From a virus (Duplodnaviria; Heunggongvirae; Uroviricota; Caudoviricetes), in IMG/VR virus record IMGVR_UViG_3300020048_006428, positions 32,001 through 96,000 of that record: 64,000 nt of DNA; one strand, 5' to 3'. Made by a program: the position numbers and the translations under genes. Under the pieces are notes generated by a model. It saw only the letters and a program-made list of their open reading frames with translations. It was not told where the DNA came from and made no database searches. Within the stretch, counting starts at the first letter, position 1. The number at the start of each line of letters is the position of its first letter. This document shows, piece after piece, positions 31,129 to 40,180 of this stretch.

Positions 31129-33342
31129 TTAATACCAATTTCGACCATTCAAATTCTTCATCTCCTTAGCATATTTCCTTTGCTTATTTATTTTTATAAT
31201 ACTTGAATAGTCAATTCCTTCAACATAATCAACCTGTTTTATATAACTATTCCACAATAATAATTTATCATTAGAAATGTTTTTATTTGCATAATCTTCA
31301 ACCATTTCCCTAAATTCATATTTAGAAAATACACTAGCCCCATTTATAAGAGTCATTACTGTATCATCATTTCCAATATCAGCAGCATATCTTATGTTTC
31401 CTGATGGGGTTATGTGTTTAACAAATGTTGTTATTTCATTTATATTTTCTTCATTTGAAATAATAAAATTCTTTTTACCCATTGCTTCTTGGTAATCCTT
31501 AACCAACATGTTTTTATTGTCACCTATCTTTATACCAATTTTTTCTTCTAAAGCATCTGCTCTATGTTTATATCTAAAAAATATATTTGAACCATAATTA
31601 TTTCTACCTTCAAATAAATGTGGTAAATGCGCCAATAATTCATTTCCATATGTGTTTATTTCTAAAACAACCTTGAAATTTTCATTATTGAAATATTCAA
31701 ATGCTAAAACATAAAATAATTCAGCTAACTGTTTAACAGAAACTAAATTGGATCTATATATACCAATCTGTTGCAAACAAAAGAAATCTGATAAATGTGT
31801 ATATGTTGATTTTTGCATTTCTATCAACTCATCTGATTTTTCTTTTATCTTAAATATATTCATAATTGAATAATCCTGTCCTAAACCTTCTGATAAGTCA
31901 ATAGATATTATACCACTAACACTATTACGCATTAATGGACTAAATACATCATCATCTTGGATCCATTTTAAATCTTTATACGAAAATTTTAATCTATTAC
32001 TAAATTCAGTCAATTCTTCATATTCATAATGCTTCTTATTGTTTATCAAATTATCTATTATAGCTTCACTTAATAACGATCTTGTTGCATTAACAAATCT
32101 TAATCCATATTCTTGATTAAAAGCATCTTCCCCACCAATATCCTTAATAGCTTCTTCTTTCCAAGTTGTTACTTCTGCAACCGCTCTAATTGGAATTAAC
32201 ATACCATCTTCCCTTGTAATTTGGAATTGTTTAGCTAATTCATCAGTACAAAATTCATTGTTATATATGTATATAACATCTTTCATTAAATCCGGTATAT
32301 ATTTAACTTCAACCTTAGTTAACTCACCAAACGCTTCTTTTACCTGTTCAAATATCGTATCTTTATCTAAATTATTTTCATACATTAAATGTGGATTTAA
32401 TCTGAAATATGTAACAAATCTACCCTTAACCTGATACCAATAAACACGCATTGCTTTATAGTTATTCTTTGATGGATCACCATATGGTCTTTCAGCATCA
32501 CTTAATAATTTATGAAATAAATTCATACCATTTGGGGTGGATGTAATTACAATCTTTGAATTGTTAATAGCAGATACAGTTGGGAATGCTGCTGTATAAT
32601 AAGGTTCTATAATATTACTTGGAATATGCGCAAATTCATCCAGATACAAAAAGTCAATAGTAAAACCAATTGCTGGTGTCTTACTTCTTGCTGATGATTT
32701 TATTCTGCACCCATTCTCAAAAATCATTGTTCTTTGATTCCAGTTCTTTATACCAGATTTTAAGAAAAAAGGTAATAATGAATAGATAGACTTAATCTTA
32801 TCAATAATTTCAATAGTAGTACCCGCTACATTCGCTACAATCATTATATTCTTATCATTGTTGAATATAACGAAATGTAACATTGTTATGGCAGCATTTA
32901 CTGTATTATGGCTTAATATACCATTTGTGTAAAATCTATGATCTTTGTGGTCTATACTTAAATCAAACATAGAAACACTATTACTCTTCTTTATTATATT
33001 TTTAATTGATATTAAACCATCATCAGTTTGTATAACATCACCAATCTTTAAATCTTTACAAAATACTTGATTATAATCTTTATCAAATAATATATGATTA
33101 TCTGCACATTCAATATTATATCCATTTTCTAACTCTATTAAATAAATCTTATAAGGTTGTGTTATATGAATATCTGTTGCTTTAACATAGCCATCATCAG
33201 ATTTTACTAATAAGGTTAAATTAGATATAGTATTTAATATTTTTTTTGAAATATCATCTTCATCCAACTTTAAGTTTCTATATTCATATCTTTCAATTAA
33301 TTGAATTATATAATATATTATTTTAATAATAATTTTAAACAT
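31129..33342 (-). CDS. terL: Terminase large subunit, C-terminal precursor (IntC 146 aa plus C-extein)
   Basis: Intein motifs ECADNH, FDLSI, SHN|T; then LYLDEFAHI (Walker B), ITSTPNG, FNQEY, IDLSEGLGQDYS, NDDTVM. Confidence 0.92.
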   Translation of the reverse strand: MFKIIIKIIYYIIQLIERYEYRNLKLDEDDISKKILNTISNLTLLVKSDDGYVKATDIHITQPYKIYLIELENGYNIECADNHILFDKDYNQVFCKDLKIGDVIQTDDGLISIKNIIKKSNSVSMFDLSIDHKDHRFYTNGILSHNTVNAAITMLHFVIFNNDKNIMIVANVAGTTIEIIDKIKSIYSLLPFFLKSGIKNWNQRTMIFENGCRIKSSARSKTPAIGFTIDFLYLDEFAHIPSNIIEPYYTAAFPTVSAINNSKIVITSTPNGMNLFHKLLSDAERPYGDPSKNNYKAMRVYWYQVKGRFVTYFRLNPHLMYENNLDKDTIFEQVKEAFGELTKVEVKYIPDLMKDVIYIYNNEFCTDELAKQFQITREDGMLIPIRAVAEVTTWKEEAIKDIGGEDAFNQEYGLRFVNATRSLLSEAIIDNLINNKKHYEYEELTEFSNRLKFSYKDLKWIQDDDVFSPLMRNSVSGIISIDLSEGLGQDYSIMNIFKIKEKSDELIEMQKSTYTHLSDFFCLQQIGIYRSNLVSVKQLAELFYVLAFEYFNNENFKVVLEINTYGNELLAHLPHLFEGRNNYGSNIFFRYKHRADALEEKIGIKIGDNKNMLVKDYQEAMGKKNFIISNEENINEITTFVKHITPSGNIRYAADIGNDDTVMTLINGASVFSKYEFREMVEDYANKNISNDKLLLWNSYIKQVDYVEGIDYSSIIKINKQRKYAKEMKNLNGRNWY
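32905..33342 (-). mobile_element. Split intein C-fragment
   Basis: Blocks B, F and G ending His-Asn; +1 residue Thr. Confidence 0.88.
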
Positions 33343-33367
33343 TATTTATTCTTTTTTTTAATAAAAA

Positions 33368-34366
33368 TTATGATAGAAATTCTATGCATTTTTTTATTGT
33401 TTCTTTTTTGTTCTTCCTATATTCACTATCCCAAATAACCAAAACATCAAACCCTTTATTTTTGGCTACACTTAATTTATCAGAATCCTTATCCCATGTT
33501 TCTTTTGCACTTGGACCATTTTCTTTATAAAAAGGGTGTGGATAATCATTTTCGTTGTATATATTTGGATTTGCGTGATATACATCACCATTGTATTCAA
33601 TTATTCTTTTAGAATTTAAATCAACATAATCATAAATATAAAATGAACCTTTAACTGATATGTAATATTCTTTGTTTTTTGTTGCAAAATATATATTTTC
33701 TAATTTACTTGATTTTAATCTTGTGTTAAACAATATTTCTGAAAATAGTTCTTGACTTATAGCAGAATATCCACATTTTATATTACCATTTTCCAATAAA
33801 CTCTTTTGCCATTTTCGTTGTCTTTCCTTCCATTTATCTAAACCTTTTTCTTCACCATATTTTTCTATACATTTATCTAATGAAAAAGTCTTTTGTCTTT
33901 CAGATACCATTTTAATAGATTCTTCTTCTGAATATCCTTTTACCATATAATATTCCTTTTGATTTGGTGATATTCTATCTTTAATAGCTTCTTTTGCAAA
34001 ATTACTTATGTGTTCTTCTTTGTTTTCAATTTCTTCATATTTACTGAAATTTTTAGAAAATGGACTCCTTGATTTTCTTTCTTCTTCTGTTGTCTTATTT
34101 TTATGATTAGGATTGTTTTCACCTTTAAATTTTTCACTAAACATAGTCTTATACTTTTCTTCCTTCATATGCTTACCACTATTGATAGTGGTGTTTTTTA
34201 AGTCACTTGTAGCCATTAGTGGCGCACCCGGAAACATAGATTTATATTCATCAGATGTAATCTTATGTTCGTTTTTTAAATGGGCACCATATATTCTTTT
34301 TTTGTTAATTCCACAAATTCTACACGTTACCATTTCTTCATTGTCCGTAATTATAATATTTTCCAT
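33368..34366 (-). CDS. Free-standing homing endonuclease (C2H2 finger, NUMOD-like, Vsr/DUF559-like nuclease)
   Basis: CRICG...HLKNEH, GENNP, YDY...IIEYNGDVYHANP...VLVIWDSE; lies between the terL halves. Confidence 0.8.
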   Translation of the reverse strand: MENIIITDNEEMVTCRICGINKKRIYGAHLKNEHKITSDEYKSMFPGAPLMATSDLKNTTINSGKHMKEEKYKTMFSEKFKGENNPNHKNKTTEEERKSRSPFSKNFSKYEEIENKEEHISNFAKEAIKDRISPNQKEYYMVKGYSEEESIKMVSERQKTFSLDKCIEKYGEEKGLDKWKERQRKWQKSLLENGNIKCGYSAISQELFSEILFNTRLKSSKLENIYFATKNKEYYISVKGSFYIYDYVDLNSKRIIEYNGDVYHANPNIYNENDYPHPFYKENGPSAKETWDKDSDKLSVAKNKGFDVLVIWDSEYRKNKKETIKKCIEFLS

Positions 34367-34417
34367 AATGTTTAATATTTTTTAATTATATTAAATTTAT
34401 TGTATATTGTTTATGTA

Positions 34418-34933
34418 TTAAGATAAATAGTATATTATGTCATATAGAAACATTTTAAACCTTTCAACAAATTTTAATTTTCTTTCCTTAGATAATAGCA
34501 AATAATATATTTTTCCTACCCTATACTCAAATTCTAAATCTTCTAAAACTATTGATATTTCTGTGTTGTATGAAAAGCACTTACCAATTTGCCTACTCGC
34601 CATTAATATACTAAATCTATTTTTTGTATATAGGTCAAGGATATCTTTTTGATAATCTCTGAGTGTCATATTAGTTACTGTACCATCTTCTGTTTTAACT
34701 TTACAGTATTTTTCTGCAAAGTAGTGTATATCAAGTTTACATTTTATATATTCTTGAATTTCATCTTCTGTCATCATGAATGTTATACCAGCTCTTCTAA
34801 CACCTATTTCATTTTTAAACCATGGATTTTGGTATCTTTTAACAACAACACCATCATTTATTTTTTCTGTAATTTCATCTATATTTTTGCTGGTAAATAT
34901 GAATTTCTTTTCTGCTTCTACCTTTTTGGCCAT
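34418..34933 (-). CDS. terL: Terminase large subunit, N-terminal precursor (N-extein plus IntN 53 aa)
   Basis: EYIKCKLDIHYFAEKY, LRDYQ, Walker A SRQIGK directly followed by intein block A CFSYNTEI. Confidence 0.92.
   Translation of the reverse strand: MAKKVEAEKKFIFTSKNIDEITEKINDGVVVKRYQNPWFKNEIGVRRAGITFMMTEDEIQEYIKCKLDIHYFAEKYCKVKTEDGTVTNMTLRDYQKDILDLYTKNRFSILMASRQIGKCFSYNTEISIVLEDLEFEYRVGKIYYLLLSKERKLKFVERFKMFLYDIIYYLS
34421..34579 (-). mobile_element. Split intein N-fragment
   Basis: Cys1 codon at 34579-34577 immediately after Walker A GK. Confidence 0.85.
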
Positions 34934-34986
34934 AAATTGGGGGAAAATTAATTTTATTTATATATATAATAAAATTAATTATTCTT

Positions 34987-35613
34987 ATGAGTAAAAAGGA
35001 AGAAAAGATGAATAGCTTACAGAATGAGTTTAACCGAATTCAAGAAGAAAATAAAGATTTGGATGTAAGCAAGTATTTAGCAAAAAGAGAAGATTTACCA
35101 GATTTGGGTGAAATACAGATATATGATTATGATGCAGACACAGTAGAATCACAAGAACAAGCAATAGATATATTAGAATCATTGGTTGATATGTATTTAG
35201 GTGATAATCCATCAATTTTAAAACATAAGTATATACAGAAAAAAATGATGGAAGATGCCCAAGTGTATGCTGATACTATTTTCTTACAGAAGATGACTAA
35301 GAAGAACTTTCTTACACAATTAAGACAGGTTGATAATGGTGATAGTTCTGCAAGGATGCACGAAGTAATAAATCAATCTATATCACAAATAAGGGATAAT
35401 ATAAAATTTTCTCAAAATCAAAGAACTGATTTAGAGAAATTTTATAGAGATATGAGAAAGGATTTGGGTTTGAACGAAATATCAGAATCTATGGAACAAA
35501 AAAACATGCAAGATCATGATATAAATAATAATACTAATAAGGAAGAAGGTAAAATTATGGATACTAGAAATTTAAACAATATGATTGATAATTATTTGAA
35601 GAATAAAGAATAA
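34987..35613 (+). CDS. Helical hypothetical protein, possible terminase small subunit
   Basis: Divergent from terL with a shared TATATATA; SARMHEV resembles the gp16 PRxxEV motif only weakly. Confidence 0.4.
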   Translation: MSKKEEKMNSLQNEFNRIQEENKDLDVSKYLAKREDLPDLGEIQIYDYDADTVESQEQAIDILESLVDMYLGDNPSILKHKYIQKKMMEDAQVYADTIFLQKMTKKNFLTQLRQVDNGDSSARMHEVINQSISQIRDNIKFSQNQRTDLEKFYRDMRKDLGLNEISESMEQKNMQDHDINNNTNKEEGKIMDTRNLNNMIDNYLKNKE

Positions 35614-35874
35614 TTAATATTCATCATATTCATCATATTCATCATCTGGAAATTTATCTTTAATAAATTGTGGGGTGTTTTCAACAAATTCTACATTTAC
35701 ACCAAAATGGTTTAATATTATATTAAAATATTCTTCTCTATAATCACCATCATTTTCGTGTATAGATGTAATTATGTTATTATCTTGATCATAAAAAACT
35801 TGACCGTTATTCCAATAGGTATAGAATAATGTTTTACCTATTGACATTTCATTTATTGACATTAAGTGTTTCAT
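35614..35874 (-). CDS. Small acidic protein with MKHLMSINEM leader
   Basis: Leader variant; palindromic promoter upstream. Confidence 0.6.
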   Translation of the reverse strand: MKHLMSINEMSIGKTLFYTYWNNGQVFYDQDNNIITSIHENDGDYREEYFNIILNHFGVNVEFVENTPQFIKDKFPDDEYDEYDEY

Positions 35875-35922
35875 TTTATAATATTTATTTTTTAATATAT
35901 ATTAAAATTATAAAATTATAAA

Positions 35923-36708
35923 ATGAAACACTTAAAAACATTTGAATCTTTTAACTATTCACCTTATAGGTTGATTAATGAAAATGGTGAATATATTAAG
36001 CAGATTAAGGAATTGATTCTAAGTTTTGATGAAGATAATATTAAATTAGCATTTCAGATTGCGAAAGGATTAAAGATTAAACAAATAGATATTTTGGAAG
36101 AATACAGAGATTTGTTTACTGCTTTTGGATATAAACCATCAGTAACCAGTTTATTAAAAATAATTGGAACATATAATTTGGATTGTAAATCAGCTACTGT
36201 TCCTGATATTTTATTTAAGTTACCAAATTTAGAAAAAATAACATTTTATAAAATTGTTAATTTGGATAATTTAGTTGAGTTTGATGGTGATATCAATATT
36301 TGGACAACTTATGGTGGTGGTGGACAGGGAACTATAACAAGTTTACCATCATTGAAAAAAATAGGGGGTTCATTAGATATATTATTTAGTTTAATTAATT
36401 CAATACCACAATTAGAATATGTTGGTGGTAGTTTGAACTTAATGGGGAAAACAATTAAATCATTTAGTAAACTAACAGCAGTTGGTGGAAATTTGTATAT
36501 GAGTAATGCTAAAATTGAGTCATTGGGTAGTTTAACTACTGTTGGTGGAAATTTGAGTTTAAGTCACGCTAAAATTGATTCATTGGGTAGTTTAACTACT
36601 GTTGGTGGAGATTTGAGTTTAAGAAATACACCATTATCAGAAACAGCAGAAGAGGAAATAAGAAATAAAGTTGATGTAAAAGGTAAGATTTTCCTATATG
36701 GATACTAG
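35923..36708 (+). CDS. LRR-type protein (LxxVGGxLxL repeats) with MKHLKTFESF leader
   Basis: About five 22-aa repeats such as SLGSLTTVGGNLSLSHAKI. Confidence 0.8.
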   Translation: MKHLKTFESFNYSPYRLINENGEYIKQIKELILSFDEDNIKLAFQIAKGLKIKQIDILEEYRDLFTAFGYKPSVTSLLKIIGTYNLDCKSATVPDILFKLPNLEKITFYKIVNLDNLVEFDGDINIWTTYGGGGQGTITSLPSLKKIGGSLDILFSLINSIPQLEYVGGSLNLMGKTIKSFSKLTAVGGNLYMSNAKIESLGSLTTVGGNLSLSHAKIDSLGSLTTVGGDLSLRNTPLSETAEEEIRNKVDVKGKIFLYGY

Positions 36709-36772
36709 AAGTTTAAATAATATAAAAAATAATAAATTGAATTTTATATATAATAAAAAATAAAACTATAAA

Positions 36773-37075
36773 ATGAAACATTTAAAAACATTTGAAGCTT
36801 TTGATGATAATTTTAGAAAGGATTCAGCAAGACCTTATTCAAGAGAAGAATATAGTGGAAAAGTAGATACATCTAAATTTATGATGAACAGAAAAAGGGA
36901 TTCAAGAGAATTGGGTTTAGATCCAGAAGACGAATTTGATGATAATTATACAGAAGATGAAATTGACATCGAAGATGATTTATATCCAACTGAATTAGAA
37001 GATGACGAAGATTTTGGTGATGATGATGATTACGAAGATTACGAAAACTTCGGTTATGGTGATGATGAATTCTAA
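36773..37075 (+). CDS. Very acidic small protein with MKHLKTFEAF leader
   Basis: D/E/Y/F-rich C-terminal half. Confidence 0.65.
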   Translation: MKHLKTFEAFDDNFRKDSARPYSREEYSGKVDTSKFMMNRKRDSRELGLDPEDEFDDNYTEDEIDIEDDLYPTELEDDEDFGDDDDYEDYENFGYGDDEF

Positions 37076-37084
37076 AAATTGTTT

Positions 37085-37678
37085 ATGAAATATTTAAAAT
37101 TATTTGAAAACTTCAATCAATCTGAAATTGTTGATATTTGTAAAAGATATGGAATAAAAAATTACACAATAAATCCAGATGGATCTATTGATGTAGATGG
37201 TGATGTTTGGTTGGTTGGTAATGAATTAAAAGAACTTCCACTTAAATTTAATAGAATAATTGGTGATTTTAATTGCATTGCTAACAGATTAAATAATCTA
37301 AAAGGATGCCCTAATTATGTTGGTGGTTTCTTTGATTGTTCTAATAATAACTTAACAAGTTTAATAGGGTGTCCTAAAGAAATAGGTGAAGAATTTAGTT
37401 TTTCTAATAATGACTTAACAACATTAGAAGGGTATGCTTTAGAAACATATATTATAAACCATGATATTATATATCATAGTAATCCAATTGCGGAAATTAT
37501 AGATTTGTTTAATGAAAGTGTTGAAATATATTTAGACTATCAAGAAACATTTAATTTTGTTAGAAATGATTGTAAAGTAGTTAAACATTTATTAGAAGCA
37601 GCCTTTGAAGATTTCAATGAATATACTGAACAAAATATAAAAATACCAAAAGAAATAAAAGGATATACTTATATCTAA
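37085..37678 (+). CDS. LRR protein, paralog of 2837
   Basis: Same leader, N-cap and C-cap; start moved to ATG 37085. Confidence 0.85.
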   Translation: MKYLKLFENFNQSEIVDICKRYGIKNYTINPDGSIDVDGDVWLVGNELKELPLKFNRIIGDFNCIANRLNNLKGCPNYVGGFFDCSNNNLTSLIGCPKEIGEEFSFSNNDLTTLEGYALETYIINHDIIYHSNPIAEIIDLFNESVEIYLDYQETFNFVRNDCKVVKHLLEAAFEDFNEYTEQNIKIPKEIKGYTYI

Positions 37679-37711
37679 ATAAGAAGCCAATCAATTTGAT
37701 TGGCTTCTTAT

Positions 37712-37993
37712 TTATGCTAATTCCATAGTAACTGTTAGTCCAGCTGATTTTAGAATATCATATAGTTTTTTGATAGTTTCTTGATTACCTCTTTTAACAT
37801 CACATTTTCCTGTATAATGAACTAAAAAAGCACATTGGGTAGCTTGTTCATATTCGTGTTTTACATATTTTATAAGACACTCTATTACGAAATCAAATGT
37901 TGATACATCATCATTGTGTAATATTAATATATATGGTTTTGATAAAATTTCTTCTAATTTACTATCGGTTTGTTCTCTTGTAATTGTTGCCAT
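37712..37993 (-). CDS. clpS: Clp protease adaptor ClpS (Bacteroidota-type)
   Basis: LILHNDDVSTFDFVI, EQATQCAFLVHYTGKCDVK. Confidence 0.9.
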   Translation of the reverse strand: MATITREQTDSKLEEILSKPYILILHNDDVSTFDFVIECLIKYVKHEYEQATQCAFLVHYTGKCDVKRGNQETIKKLYDILKSAGLTVTMELA

Positions 37994-38015
37994 TTTTTTT
38001 TGTTTTATTTATATA

Positions 38016-38519
38016 TTAAAAAATTATTTCATTGGTTTTGCTATCATAGATAGTTATTTTTACTTTTTGTTTTTTTGCCCAAATTTTAAATTGTTCAAGA
38101 TGTTCATCTCTGTCATCAAACATAATAAGTTCGTCAGCTTTTGGATTTTTTTGGATTAGTGTTTCAAAAAGATTAGTTTTGAAAGAAAAAGTATCACCAC
38201 CGGTATTACAGTATAAGTCGTTATCTATGTTATAGATACCAAGAACATTTTTAACGTGTTTTTCTAATCTTTTTATTCTACCTGTTGCAATAAATACATA
38301 ATGGTCTGAATTAATTGAATAGTTAATAAAATGGTCATAAATATGTTCAATAAGTTCAGGTTTAAATACATTAGTATTTAAAGATTCTGAATTAGCCCAC
38401 CAACCTTTTCCTGGCCATTTTGATCCAATTTCTTTTTCCCAGATTGGGATTCCGACATCGGGTGTTGGTGTATCTATTAATGTACCATCAAAATCGAATG
38501 ATATTAATTTTTTATACAT
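38016..38519 (-). CDS. HAD-superfamily phosphatase (Swiss-army-knife RNA-repair-like)
   Basis: FDFDGTLIDTP, ATGR, FK, MFDDR. Confidence 0.75.
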   Translation of the reverse strand: MYKKLISFDFDGTLIDTPTPDVGIPIWEKEIGSKWPGKGWWANSESLNTNVFKPELIEHIYDHFINYSINSDHYVFIATGRIKRLEKHVKNVLGIYNIDNDLYCNTGGDTFSFKTNLFETLIQKNPKADELIMFDDRDEHLEQFKIWAKKQKVKITIYDSKTNEIIF

Positions 38520-38564
38520 AGGGATTATATTTTTTGATATATATTATAAATAATAATAAATTTT

Positions 38565-38978
38565 ATGAAAATAGATATAAAAAGTTTAATTATAATTATT
38601 TTACTTATAATGAGTATATTTTTTTTATTTAAATGGCTTAATTCAAATGATAGACATATAAAGAATGAAAATAAGTTATTAAAGGTAGAAATAAAAGATT
38701 TGCAGTTAAAAAGAGATTCTTTATCTAAAGAAAGAATTAGATTAGAATCTAATTATAAGACAATAGAACTAAAGGTAAATGAATATGATATTAAAATAAT
38801 AGCTTTAAATACTGAATTAAAAAAAGTTAAGTCTGAATTAGAAAAATCAAAATTTGATTTGGGTAATCAGAAGATAAAATTTGATGATATTAATAGACAG
38901 ATTGAAATATTAAAAGGTAAACCTTTTGATAAAAATGGTGAAGATTTAATAAATTCAATTTTAAAAAAAATAAATTAA
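38565..38978 (+). CDS. N-terminal TM plus coiled coil, possible i-spanin
   Basis: Hydrophobic N-terminus followed by heptad repeats. Confidence 0.45.
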   Translation: MKIDIKSLIIIILLIMSIFFLFKWLNSNDRHIKNENKLLKVEIKDLQLKRDSLSKERIRLESNYKTIELKVNEYDIKIIALNTELKKVKSELEKSKFDLGNQKIKFDDINRQIEILKGKPFDKNGEDLINSILKKIN

Positions 38979-38982
38979 TAAG

Positions 38983-39489
38983 ATGAAAAAAATATTATTT
39001 ATAATAATGTTGTTCATATACAACAATGTTAGTTCACAAATAGTTCCAACATTACCACAATATTTTATTGTTGATGGTGATACAATTGGTATAACATTTA
39101 GTATAAAGCAGGTTCAGCAGATTGATAATGATTTGGAATTATTGCAATTATTGGAATATAAATCATTGAGTTGTGATACAATGGTTAAAAATTATATAAG
39201 AGTAATAGATAATTATGGTAGGGAAGTAGCATTATTGGAAATTAAAATAGATAATTTAGAAAAAAAAGATGTAGAAAGTGATAATTTAATAAAGAATCTA
39301 AATAATCAAATAGATAATTATAAGAAAGAATTAATATTGGCTAAAGAACAAGAAGATAATTATAAGAAAATTGTTTCAAATAATGAAAAAAGAATTAGAA
39401 ATTTAAAGCTACAAAGGGGTTTGATATTTGGTGGTGGTATAGTTGGAACAGTTGGTGGAATATTAATAGGTGTATTTTTAATAAAATAG
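38983..39489 (+). CDS. Signal peptide, coiled coil and C-terminal TM; possible spanin partner
   Basis: MKKILFIIMLF N-terminus, GIVGTVGGILIGVFLIK C-terminus. Confidence 0.45.
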   Translation: MKKILFIIMLFIYNNVSSQIVPTLPQYFIVDGDTIGITFSIKQVQQIDNDLELLQLLEYKSLSCDTMVKNYIRVIDNYGREVALLEIKIDNLEKKDVESDNLIKNLNNQIDNYKKELILAKEQEDNYKKIVSNNEKRIRNLKLQRGLIFGGGIVGTVGGILIGVFLIK

Positions 39490-39546
39490 TATAAAAAGTG
39501 TTTTTAAAAAATAATATATATAATTAGAAAAAATAATTTTTAAAAG

Positions 39547-40122
39547 ATGAAACACATTAGAAAATTTGAATCTTATGTAACAAGAAAGAAAAGAGATGAA
39601 ATTATAAAAGAATCTGTTCTTCAGGTTAATGACATTTACAAAGTTAGAACTATGGTTGATATTCCACAATCTTTAATAAATGCTTATGTTAAAAAAGTAA
39701 AAGATACAAGTGGTAAAAACTTAAGACAATTTTTTGGTGATGTTGATATTGCAGAAGAAATTGTAAAGTTCATAACTCTAACTGGTATGGATGTAGAAAA
39801 GATTCCTGGTAATGCACTTATGGGTGGTCCACAAGGTCAGGGTCAGGGTCAAATGCAAGGACAAGGTCAAATGCAAGGACAAGGTCAAATGCAAGGTCAA
39901 CCACAAGCACAGACCCAAGGTCAAATGCAAGGACAAGGTCAAATGCAAGGTCAAGAAGGTGATTTTGAAGATGTTCAACCACAAGGCCAAGGACAGCCAC
40001 AAGTACAAGTTCAAGGACAAGGTCAAGGACAAACACAAGGTCAAGGACAACCACAAGGACAAGGTCAAGGACAAGGACAGGGTCAAGTACAAGGACAAGA
40101 TGAAGAAGAATTACCAATCTAA
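39547..40122 (+). CDS. Protein with MKHIRKFESY leader and Gln/Gly low-complexity tail
   Basis: QGQGQM repeats over about 39830-40098. Confidence 0.75.
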   Translation: MKHIRKFESYVTRKKRDEIIKESVLQVNDIYKVRTMVDIPQSLINAYVKKVKDTSGKNLRQFFGDVDIAEEIVKFITLTGMDVEKIPGNALMGGPQGQGQGQMQGQGQMQGQGQMQGQPQAQTQGQMQGQGQMQGQEGDFEDVQPQGQGQPQVQVQGQGQGQTQGQGQPQGQGQGQGQGQVQGQDEEELPI

Positions 40123-40180
40123 TAATTAAAAATTAAGCAATAATATAAATTATTGCTTAATTTTTTTAATATATATATTT

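Noticed and set aside
33343-34417. Group I intron interrupting terL
   Set aside because: Non-coding flanks are only 25 and 51 nt of AT-rich sequence with no room for a ribozyme core; intein motifs explain the split.
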